DNA of 64,000 nt from assembly GCA_043228905.1 (NCBI GenBank), contig JBHGNT010000008.1, positions 10,478,001-10,542,000 on the forward strand, in the 5' to 3' direction. The notes under the pieces are model-generated. The model was not told the origin of the DNA and did no database searches. It was given only the letters and a program-made list of their open reading frames with translations. The translations under genes and the position numbers were made by a program. Shown in pieces: positions 39,646-51,300 of this stretch (positions are counted from its first letter, which is position 1; each line of letters starts with the position of its first letter). Source of the stretch: Azolla caroliniana (Eukaryota; Plantae; Polypodiophyta).

Positions 39646-40830
39646 AGTGTAACAGTGTGTGCATATATGCATACATGAGTGTGTGGCCGTTTGTTCGTAA
39701 TATATATGTATATATGTATATTTGTATGTATTGTAGTTTGTGATGATATGTATGTATGTATGTGTATGTAACGTATTTATGTGTATGGATGTATGTTTGT
39801 AAAACTTATAAAATTGTAGGCATATGTATGTATATATATTTATGGTGATATGTGGAATATGTATGTATGTATGTGTATGCATATATGTATGTATATGTCA
39901 ATATACATGATTCAATGAGTATGAATGTGTTTGTAATATGTGCATAATATGTATGTATGTGTATGTGGTCATATGTATGTAAATGTATGAATGTATGTAT
40001 GCATATATATGTAATGTATTTATGTATGTATATTTTTGGGATATTTTCATGTTTAGTATGTATATGGCTTGTATATGAATGTATGTTTGTAATATGTACG
40101 TAACATGCATGTATATATCCAATGTATGTGTAAGTATACATATACCTAATGTGTGTGTGTGTGTGTGTGTATGTGTATATGTGTATATGTAAGTATTGTG
40201 GTTTGTATGGTCTAGTATAATCTATATATATGGTGATATGTGGAATATGTATTTACATATGTAATATATCTATGTATGTATCTATATATGTATATATGTA
40301 ATTTATCTATGTGTAAATTTGTATATTGTGTAATAGTTATGGATTATATTCTATGTAATATCTAATTTATTTATGTGTGTGTGCATGTGTATATATATGT
40401 AAAATATGCAACTTGTTTGTAAGTATGAAGATTTGTATACATATAATATGTAATCTTTGGTATTAATATGTATGTGTATGTGTATATATATAATATGCAA
40501 TTTATGTTTTTGTGTTTTGTATGTATATATGCATTTGTGTATGTATATATGTAATATGTAATTTTTATGTATGTATTATGTATATATGTATGTCAATATA
40601 TATGGCCGATTCTAATATGTATGTAGTATGTAATACATGTATGTATGTGTATGTACATATTTACATATGGTAATATATATTTGTACATATATTTATGTTT
40701 AGTCAGTATGCATGTATAAATGGGTGTAATGTATGTATATACATATTCATGGATGTAATGTTTGAATGTAGGTATATATGCATGCATGCATGTATATGTA
40801 TGTATGTATGTATGTACGTATATATGCTAC
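39646..40830. repeat. Degenerate (TA/TG)n low-complexity array
   Basis: TATG/TGTA-rich tract; similar tracts at 35460-35950 and 36240-36490. Confidence 0.9.
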
Positions 40831-40971
40831 TCCAAATTTGAGTATTGTTTGTATAATATATTCTTTACTATCTCATTGAAATATCTAATATTTCATGGGG
40901 TTATGTAATTTTTTTTCTAGCATAATTGATAATACCCTTATGTAAATATATTTTCAAATCTTTATTAATAC

Positions 40972-41005
<34 letters not shown>

Positions 41006-41506
41006 TGTATCTCACTGATTAATTAAAACCCCTTTTGATGAACTCACGTGCTAACATACAAGTTTTGACAGTGAAGCCCCCGGGGCAATTCACGACGAAC
41101 CTAAGTCTCTCGACCCTCAACCAACCGAGTATGAGGGTGAGTGAGGAGTAATTGTTGCCCGACATGGAGTGAGCATAATCAAAGCATGGTGTCGATAGAT
41201 CAAGAAAGCCGAAACCGAAGCCAGATACTCAACCAGTCCAGATCCAAGCCTACTATCTGGTCACCGGAAGTTGTGTTTAAAGCAGGGTGTTGAGAATCAA
41301 ACTCAACTTCCCTATGGTGTGAACATATCCTAAGACCACAAGTGTGTGGACACATCACCTCTACATTGTATCATGACTAATGTGTCATAGAACTTAACTC
41401 CTATGACACATTGTTTGGGGCCTATGCTCCTAGTTCAAATGCTCTCATGTGTGCATTAAAGTACTGACAGTACTAGTGCCACCTTGTTGTCAGGGCTCGT
41501 ATAAAA

Positions 41507-42089
41507 TGTCGAGAATAGACACAGCCACAACTGGTTGATACGTATGCAAATGTTGGTGCAAAGATTGTAAATGATGGTACAAAGGAAACCAGAATAGAAG
41601 TACAGAAAATACAGAGATTGGATATTTTACGTCGAAAACTCGGAAAGGGAAAAAGCACGGGAGTCAAGGAGCTCTGAACTATATCACTATATATGAGAGA
41701 GGTATACAATAAGAAACTCTAAGGAAACGACCTTGAGTTCTTCGTCAGACTGACGGTTGTAGAGAAGTCACTCACAAACTCTCTATCTCTCGCTTAAGTC
41801 TCTCACTTTCTATCTATTACAGAAACTGTGTCAACGATAATGATCATACACCTAACTAGTTGCCCTATTTATTTTTATACTCAATATACATATAGGACTA
41901 TTTACAAATATATTCTACTATGGGCACATTGAGGCTAGTTACAATTATAGCCCAACCGGGTTCGGCCAATTCGACTATTAACTGAATCGGTTATGGGCTA
42001 GTCGATTTTTCGGCCTCGGCCGAGTTACCTATAACCTCCATCCAATCCAACTCGTGCTCCTCCCATTCGGAGGGACCTGTTTCCCAACA
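41507..42089 (-). mobile_element. Copia solo LTR inserted into the TATA box of another Copia LTR, TSD TAAAA
   Basis: TGTCGAGAA...TTCCCAACA termini; TAAAA at 41502-41506 and 42090-42094; terminus GGAGGGACCTGTTTCC shared with the 8846 LTR family. Confidence 0.85.
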
Positions 42090-45000
42090 TAAAAGTGCTG
42101 TTTAAGCACAATTGAGTTCTTCGTCAGACTAACGGTTGTAGAGAAGTCACTCACAAATTCTCTATCTCTCACTTAAGTCTATCACTTTCTATCTATTACA
42201 GAAACTGTGTCAACGATAATGATCATACACCTTACTAGTTGCCCTATTTATTTTTATACTCAATATACATATAGGACTATTTACAAATATATTCCACTAT
42301 GGGCACATTGAGGCTAGTTACAATTATAGCCTAGCCGGGTTCGGCCAATTCGACTATTGGCTGAATCGGTTATGGGCTAGTCGATTTTTCGGCCTCGACA
42401 GAGTTACCTATCAACTCCATCCAATCCAACTCGTGCTCCTCCCATCCGGAGGGACCTGTTTCTCAACATAAAAGTGCTCTTTGAGCACAATTGAGTTCTT
42501 CGTCAGACTGACGGTTGTAGAGAAGTCACTCACAAACTCTCTATCTCTCGCTTCAGTCTCTCACTTTTTATCTATTACAGAAATTGTGTCAACGATAATG
42601 ATCATACACCTTACTAGTTGCCCTATTTATTTTTATACTCAATATACATATAGGACTATTTACAAATATATTCCACTATGGGCACATTGAGGCTAGTTAC
42701 AATTATAGCCCAATCGGGTTCGGCCAATTCGACTATTAGCTGAATCAGTTATGGGCTAGTTGATTTTTCGGCCTCGGCCGAGTTACCTATCAACTCCATC
42801 CAATCCAACTCGTGCTCCTCCCATCCGGAGGGACCTGTTTCCCAACATAAAAGTGCTGTTTGAGCACAATTGAGTTCTTCGTCAGACTGACGGTTGTAGA
42901 GAAGTCACTCACAAACTTTCTATCTCTCGCTTAAGTCTCTCACTTTCTATCTATTATAGAAACTGTGTCAATGATAATGATCATACACCTTACTAGTTGC
43001 CCTATTTATTTTTATACTCAATATACATATAGGACTATTTACAAATATGTTCCACTATGGGCACATTGAGGCTAGTTACAATTATAGCCCAGCCGGGTTC
43101 GGCCAATTCGACTATTAGCTGAATCGGTTATGGGCTAGTCGATTTTTCGGCCTTGGCCGAGTTACCTATCAACTCCATCCAATCCAACTCGTGCTCCTCC
43201 CATCCGGAGGGACCTGTTTCCCAATATAAAAGTGCTCTTTGAGCACAATTGAGTTCTTCGTCAGACTGACGGTTGTAGAGAAGTCACTCACAAACTCTCT
43301 ATCTCTCGCTTAAGTCTCTCACTTTTTATCTATTACAGAAATTGTGTCAACGATAATGATCATACACCTTACTAGTTGCCCTATTTATTTTTATACTCAA
43401 TATACATATAGGACTATTTACAAATATATTCCACTATGGGCACATTGAGGCTAGTTACAATTATAGCCCAGTCGGGTTCGGCCAATTCGACTATTAGCTG
43501 AATCGGTTATGGGCTAGTTGATTTTTCGGCCTCGGCCGAGTTACCTATCAACTCCATCCAATCCAACTCGTGCTCCTCCCATCCGGAGGGACCTGTTTCC
43601 CAACATAAAAGTGCTGTTTGAGCACAATTGAGTTCTTCGTCAGACTGACGGTTGTAGAGAAGTCACTCACAAACTTTCTATCTCTCGCTTAAGTCTCTCA
43701 CTTTCTATCTATTATAGAAACTGTGTCAATGATAATGATCATACACCTTACTAGTTGCCCTATTTATTTTTATACTCAATATACATATAGGACTATTTAC
43801 AAATATGTTCCACTATGGGCACATTGAGGCTAGTTACAATTATAGCCCAGCCGGGTTCGGCCAATTCGACTATTAGCTGAATCGGTTATGGGCTAGTCGA
43901 TTTTTCGGCCTTGGCCGAGTTACCTATCAACTCCATCCAATCCAACTCGTGCTCCTCCCATCCGGAGGGACCTGTTTCCCAATATAAAAGTGCTCTTTGA
44001 GCACAATTGAGTTCTTCGTCAGACTGACGGTTGTAGAGAAGTCACTCACAAACTCTCTATCTCTCGCTTAAGTCTCTCACTTTTTATCTATTACAGAAAT
44101 TGTGTCAACGATAATGATCATACACCTTACTAGTTGCCCTATTTATTTTTATACTCAATATACATATAGGACTATTTACAAATATATTCCACTATGGGCA
44201 CATTGAGGCTAGTTACAATTATAGCCCAGTCGGGTTCGGCCAATTCGACTATTAGCTGAATCGGTTATGGGCTAGTTGATTTTTCGGCCTCGGCCGAGTT
44301 ACCTATCAACTCCATCCAATCCAACTCGTGCTCCTCCCATCCGGAGGGACCTGTTTCCCAACATAAAAGTGCTGTTTGAGCACAATTGAGTTCTTCGTCA
44401 GACTGACGGTTGTAGAGAAGTCACTCACAAACTTTCTATCTCTCGCTTAAGTCTCTCACTTTCTATCTATTATAGAAACTGTGTCAATGATAATGATCAT
44501 ACACCTTACTAGTTGCCCTATTTATTTTTATACTCAATATACATATAGGACTATTTACAAATATGTTCCACTATGGGCACATTGAGGCTAGTTACAATTA
44601 TAGCCCAGCCGGGTTCGGCCAATTCGACTATTAGCTGAATCGGTTATGGGCTAGTCGATTTTTCGGCCTTGGCCGAGTTACCTATCAACTCCATCCAATC
44701 CAACTCGTGCTCCTCCCATCCGGAGGGACCTGTTTCCCAATATAAAAGTACTCTTTGAGCACAATTGCGTTCTTCGTCAGACTGACGGTTGTAGAGAAGT
44801 CACTCACAAACTCTCTATCTCTCGCTTAAGTCTCTCACTTTCTATCTATTACAGAAATTGTGTCAACGATAATGATCATACACCTTGCTGGTTGCCCTAT
44901 TTATTTTTATACTCAATATACATATAGGACTATTTACAAATATATTCCACTATGGGCACATTGAGGCTAGTTACAATTATAGCCTAGCCGGGTTCGGCCA

Positions 45001-45143
45001 ATTCGACTATTAGCTTAATCGGTTATGGGCTAGTCGATTTTTCGGCCTCGGCCGAGTTACCTATCAACTCCATCCAATCCAACTCGTGCTCCTCCCATCC
45101 GGAGGGACCTGTTTCTCAACATAAAAGTGCTCTTTGAGCACAA
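41733..45143. repeat. Satellite: 9 x 379-bp units derived from the LTR/flank junction
   Basis: Units start at 41733, 42112, 42491, 42870, 43249, 43628, 44007, 44386 and 44765. Confidence 0.97.
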
Positions 45144-48100
45144 TTGTATGTAGAGAGGGTTGTTATTATTTTTTAATTGAGTTTTTATCTTCTACTCTCT
45201 CTCCCACGTTCTATGTATCTCCATACTCTCTGTGTTTCCTCTGTTGTTATCCGAATGAGCCGATTGTGTTATGTTTTTGCTTCCGCACGTAATATTTACA
45301 AAGATCTTTGGGCTCGAAGAGTCAGACCGACCAGTTAGCCAACTTGAGAAGAGGTCGAAGATAAAGTTGACTAATCACTATTAGAGACATGCACTAAAGT
45401 AAGCATTGGATAAGGATAGATCTAGGTAGATAGAAAGAAAGGAGAGAGAGAAAGAAGGGTGCCGATCCACCCAACCACCCCCGAGCGAAGGGATCGAGAT
45501 GGACTCGAGCCTCGATCGGCGTCCCATACCACCGCCGTGGCGTCGAGTCGTACCTGGTGTTAGCGCGGTCGCTACAAGAGTTGACCCACCACAAGAGAGA
45601 GTCTCGACGTAGTCAAGAAGATAATGAAATGAGGGTAGCTAGGCCTCTATTTATAGCGATACCCAAGGCCCCCAGCCATGTTCACACTTGGCCTAATGGG
45701 TTGTCTCAAGCCCGAGGATTTAAAAGTAATCTTCCCCTTCTTTACACTCTCGTTTAACCCTCACACTTATCCACGTGTATAGAATACTACGGTAAATTTT
45801 GACCACAGGATATTATATGTTCATGCCCGTAACATACTCCCCCTCTTTAAAACATTTCACTCTTGTAATGGAAAGTTAGGGAAGTTAATTCTGAGAGTAC
45901 TTTCGTGTTCCCATGTGGCATCTTTTATTGATTTATCCATCCATTTTATTTTAAATTCTCGGATTTCTTTAGTACGTAATTTTTTTGTTTTAACATCGAG
46001 AATTCTTTCTGGTACATGTGGTTTAGAAGATAATTCTTCAGAAGTAACCAGAGTTTCAGTTGTAACTGTATTGTCGCCAGAACCTAGAAGTTCTTTTAGA
46101 TAGACAACTCACATGAAAGACTGGATGAATTCCAACACCGTCAAGAAGAGCGAGACGATAGGCTGATGACCCAATGTGTTTGAGAACTGTAAAATGTCCA
46201 CAAAACCGTGGGGCTAACTTAGCACACTTACCCGTAGACAATGTCTTAGAATTGTGAGGTACACGCAAAAATACCTTTTGTCCAGGGTTGAACACACGAG
46301 GTTGCCTATGATGATCGACATAAAAACGCGCTCTATCTTGAGCTGTTTTTATATTATCTCATGCAATATGTAACATATCTTGCATATCCCGAAGAAAGTT
46401 TTGCGTACTTCGCAACTCATCATGATGTATATTAAGATCAATTGGGGCTCGTGGCTCGGGACTATATCCCGTCGACGTATACTTGGAGCTGTTATAAGCA
46501 AACTCCAAAATTGGGAGATAACGTTCCCATTTTGTTGGTTTTGCACCAACATATGCTCGAAGCATGTCCTCAACAATTTGATTTACTCGTTCTGTCTGTC
46601 CATCGGATTGAGGATGATCCGTGGAGCTCATGCTCAACGTAGTTTCTAACTTCTTAAAGACTTGCGTCCAGAAGTCACTAGTAAATTTTGGATCTAGATC
46701 ACTCACGATATCCATCGATAACCCATAGAAACGAAATAATTCGTCAACGAATTGGTAAGCCAATTCAGGAGCTGTTACCGTGGTTTTAGTAGCAATAAAT
46801 CTGACCATTTTAGTTAGTCGATCAACCACAACCCAGATGGCATCATGGCCTTTTTGGGTGCGTGGAAGGCTAACAATAAAATCCATGGATATACTTTCCC
46901 ACTTATTATTGGGAATGTCCAAGGGATGTAAAAGTCCTGCGGCTTTAAGTTGCTTGGCTTTGTTAACCTGACATTGGTGACATTTAGTCACATAGCTATG
47001 TATGTCAGGACGCATCTTAGGCCAATCAAATTGAGTGGAGATGAGAACGAGTGTATGATGTATTCCAGGGTGCCCTGCTGAGGGTGCATCATGGCATTAA
47101 AAAAGAATCCTCTTTTTGACCTCGGGTAAATCTGGAACACAAACCTTCCCATTACGGTAGAGCAGACTGTTAGCAATGTAGAAGTATTCCTTCGAGGATG
47201 TGGTGGTGTCTGTTCCAGACTCAACTCTTGCCCAGTATTTTGCGAAATAACTATCATCAGGATACTTCCCTCGAAGGTGATCATAAAAATATGATGATAT
47301 TTCAGTGAAGCTAAGCATGTTAACTTCACGGATGCGACTTAGTGCATCAACGACAGTGTTCATTGAACCTTTACGATATCGTATGGAAAAATCAAAGTCC
47401 TGGATGAGATCAACCCATCGTGCCTTACAACCTTTCAGGTCTTGTTGGTCACAAAAATATTTCAAGGACTCGTGGTCCGTAGTTACCACAAAGCGATTTC
47501 CATAAAGATAATGGCGCCATGTTTTGAGCGCATGTATAACTGCAAATAATTCCTTTTCTTGAACGGTATACCAACATTGAGCAGAATCAAGTTTCTTACT
47601 CTTGAATTCCTTTTCTTGAACGGTATACCAACATTGAGCAGAATCAAGTTTCTTACTCTTGAATGCTATTGGTTTACCATCTTGATATAACACAACACCT
47701 ATAACATAATCGCTTACATCGGTTTCAACCTCAAAAGGTTTTGAAGGATCGGGTAAAAGAAGTGAAGGAGCCTTGCAAACCAGGTCCTTGAGTTCCTTAA
47801 AGGCGAGGTCTAGTGTAGCATTCCACACAGTAGGTTTGTTACCCAGCCGGCAAAGGAGCATAGACCAAAATGTGAAAGGGATGGTTATTCGGAATATATT
47901 TAATTAAGTAGATTAGATTATAATTATGTAGTGAACGGACAGACCGGAATCGGTATGCCGATCCGGATCCGGACCGATTCCGAACAGGTGCCGGTTGGCA
48001 CCGTTTTGTACGCAGCACCGGTGACCTATATAAAGGCCCGGTTACAATGTATAACTTTAACGAAGAATTAATATAAGCTTCTTGTTTTATCTTCACGTAT

Positions 48101-48391
48101 TGATTACCGTTCTGAATTAATTGTTATATCTTACACGTGTATTAAGTGTATGCCTTATTGCTAAGTAGCTAATTAAGTCGAAGTAATCGTTGTTTCTTAA
48201 GTTATCTCGCCGTAACACCCTTTGGTGAAGTGTCTTCCGGAGACACCCTGTGTTAGGCCATTGTCCGGCCCTAAGGATTAACACAGTTTTTGGCGACCAC
48301 GATTCCTGCACAATCGCAACGAACAACGGCGGGAATGGAACGAACAGTGAACGAACGACCCGGTTACGGAGCGAGCAAGGTGACTTGCTAA

Positions 48392-51300
48392 ATGGCTGAG
48401 GAAGCGAGAGGCTTTCCAGCAAGCGGTAGAAGAAATCAGAGCGGAGAGTGGCCAGGGAATCACTTCGGCTACCACAAAACGCCTACCCGGACGAAGAAAG
48501 CAGCCTAAGCAGCCTCCGGGAAGCAGAATCCCTTCTCTAGGCATTGGCAGCGGGGGAAGGCGAATCCGAAGCATTTTTGACATTTGAATCAGGTTTGGAC
48601 GGGGAATACAGCGCGCAGACGAACTTGCGCAACAGTAATGACACCCCAGGCGGACCAGAGGACAAGGAGTCGGATACTTTGCCGACACCAGAACCCGAAT
48701 CGACAAGGATGGAAACTCCGGTACCAGAAGTCGACCACACTCCGGAACCAGAAGTCGACGACGAGAGACCTCTGACACCGGAAGTCGAGGAGGAGAAGCA
48801 TCTGACACCACAAGAGGAGCAGGAAAGACCTCTGATGACGACAGAAGACCGGGGAAAACCTCTGACACCAGCAGAGGAGGAATGACCACCGACACCACCA
48901 GCCCGTGTACGGACACTGGACGAGGATATGCCGTTCCAATATCCCAAATACCGGGATGATCCGGATGCGAAAGCCCACGTCCATGCGTTTCAACAGACCT
49001 GGGAAGCGAACCATGTGTCCCAACACTTAAATGCAGCCGAAGAGGAACGCTCAAAATGGACAGAGTTCGGCATGACCTTGGAGGAACCGGCCGCTAGATG
49101 GCACCGAACACAGGATCCCATCACCATCCCCACGTTTGAAACATTAAAGAAAAAATTCTTGCATTTCTTCCACAAGGAGATGGACCAGTGGGAAATGGTC
49201 GGGTTATTTTACAGTATTCGGCAGGAACCAACGGAGAACATCCAATAGTTTGTCATCCGGTTCCAGCGGATACACAGTCAGCTCATCCGGACACTACTTG
49301 AGGAAGAAACAAAGGCCATATTCTTAGCAACACTCCGGGAACCCTTACGGACGGTGTGCACCGTCATTCATTTCCGCACCAACAACATAGATCAAGTGAT
49401 TGACCGAGTTCGGGAAATGGAAAACTCGAGTTCATGGCTAACCATGGGCGCACTTTAGCGTACGCTACAGACAGAGGAGGACCTCCATTTCCGACAAGCA
49501 GTTCAATGTACGATATGCCTGAATGCCGGACATTCGGCGCTGGAATGCACCATGCGTTCCCAATGCTTGCTCTACCACTCCAGAAGTCACACAATGGAAT
49601 GGTGTGAGTATAACTTGTTAAATCGACAAGCACCACCGGTCCGGCAAATTGAACCACGGAGCAATCGGGAGGAAGAAGAAGAATGCTGGCGGCGAGAGGA
49701 GCGGTACCGGCCGGCACAAGATGTCTGGTATAGCGACCGAAGAGACGCATATGACCGGTATGATAGACAGGATAGATACCAGGACTATAATGGACGGTAT
49801 GAAGGATATAACTGGGATCATTCCCCTGGTTACAACCACCGACGGGACGACTATGGCAAGGATGACGACCAGCCCCGGCAAGGATACCGCAACAAAACGA
49901 TTTTCAATAAGAAACGTCATTTCAACAAAAAGGGGGGTCATCCACGAGAACCGGAAAAGGGCGCTCCGAGTAGCCAACCAGACCAAAACCAAGCACTTGC
50001 CCCCGGTCCGCCACCAAGCACACACGCCAAATCCAGCAATGCCCGGAAGCCGTACTGCTATTATTGCCGGCAAGAGGGCCACTATAGTAATCAATGTCTA
50101 GCGAAGAGCTACGACAAACGACCGGCGGTGAACATGGTAGACGCGGAAGTCGCGGACATACAACAAGTCACTACAAGATCAAAAGGCAAAGCCACGGAGT
50201 GGGAAACTCAAGAAGCCATCTGGAAGCAGGCAACCGAATGGGTGCAGAAGGCAAATGAACGGAATGCGGCTGAGCTCGAACAACAAAAGGAGAATGCCGA
50301 AGAGCTCACCGGCCCAGGGCAACTCGAAAACCCAACATGGCAAGCGTTACAGGAATGCCAAATCACGTTGCTGTTAGGCCGGCTATTGCAACTGGTACCA
50401 CGGTTCACGGAAGGACTAAAGACCGGAAGGACGACAGCTGACACACCATCGGCTCCGGCATTCTTTTTAAATCCGGAGGAAGGACCGGTAGTGGTAGACA
50501 CAAGCAGTCCAGCAATCACAGCCATCGTGAAGGGAAAAGAGCTACACGGCACGATTATCGATGGAGGATCCGGCGTGAATGTGATCAGCCTCCGAACGTG
50601 TAACACGCTAGGAATCCAGGACTGGGAACTGTGTCCATTTTGGCTACGGATGGCGGACACTAGCTCAATACGGCCGACCGGATTAATTCGCGATCATTTC
50701 GCATTTCCGTAGTAGTTCTCCAACTACAAGCTCAGGGAGCTTACCCACTATTGTTGGGACGGTCCTGGTTAAAAACGGCACACATAAAGCAAAACTGGAG
50801 GAAGAACATAATTACGTTCCGGCGTGGAAAAGCGAAAGTACGAGTACCGACTCAACCACGATTTGGTACCGGCAAGGAATCAACGCCGCTATATGCGGAA
50901 TGTGTTAACATGCTGGAAGGATTGGCGGACAAAGAGGTCGATCAATACTTACAGGAAAATCCGAAGATCGTACCTCTGTTCGAGATTGATGTAGCTGAAG
51001 CAGTATTACCGTACGCACTGCAACCGGACGAGACCGACGAGGAACCAGATAAAGAGGCAATCCGGGAATTACGACAATGACAAGAGGCACTGGAAAAAGA
51101 AATGGCAATATCATAGCATGTGAAAGCATCCCAACTAGAAGAGGTAAACCTAGGTACCACAGAGGACACAAGACCAGTGCACATCGCTAAGGAAATGAAT
51201 TCGGAGAACAAAATGGCAATGATCACCCTCCTAAAAGAATTTCGTGATGTGTTCGCCTGGTCCTACGAAGACATGTCGGGACTCGATCCTCAGTTATATC

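Larger units (their letters stand above)
32705..41085 (-). mobile_element. Unclassified TIR DNA transposon (~8.4 kb including duplication and gap), 5-bp TSD CAATT
   Basis: Left end TCCTGGGGACTCCACT vs reverse complement of right end CCCCGGGGGCTTCACT (12/16, all transitions). CAATT at 32700-32704 and 41086-41090. Removing the element restores the Copia RNase H frame. Confidence 0.8.
30850..45287 (+). mobile_element. Old, internally deleted Copia interrupted by the TIR element and by the solo-LTR satellite
   Basis: WFVDSGASNH protease, integrase start fused to RT (YVDDLVIGG), RNase H TKHIEVHYYFIRE. KLRQ|FTTNL rejoins across 32705-41085. The 3' LTR starts at 41288 and resumes after about 45121. 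Confidence 0.8.

Noticed and set aside
41733-45143. CRISPR-like or Helitron-derived array
   Set aside because: Units are whole near-identical repeats with no unique spacers and no CTRR end. They are fully explained by LTR plus flank sequence.
48278-49054. 258-aa minus-strand ORF and similar antisense ORFs in GC-rich retroelements
   Set aside because: Shadow frames of gag/pol with no independent domain signal.
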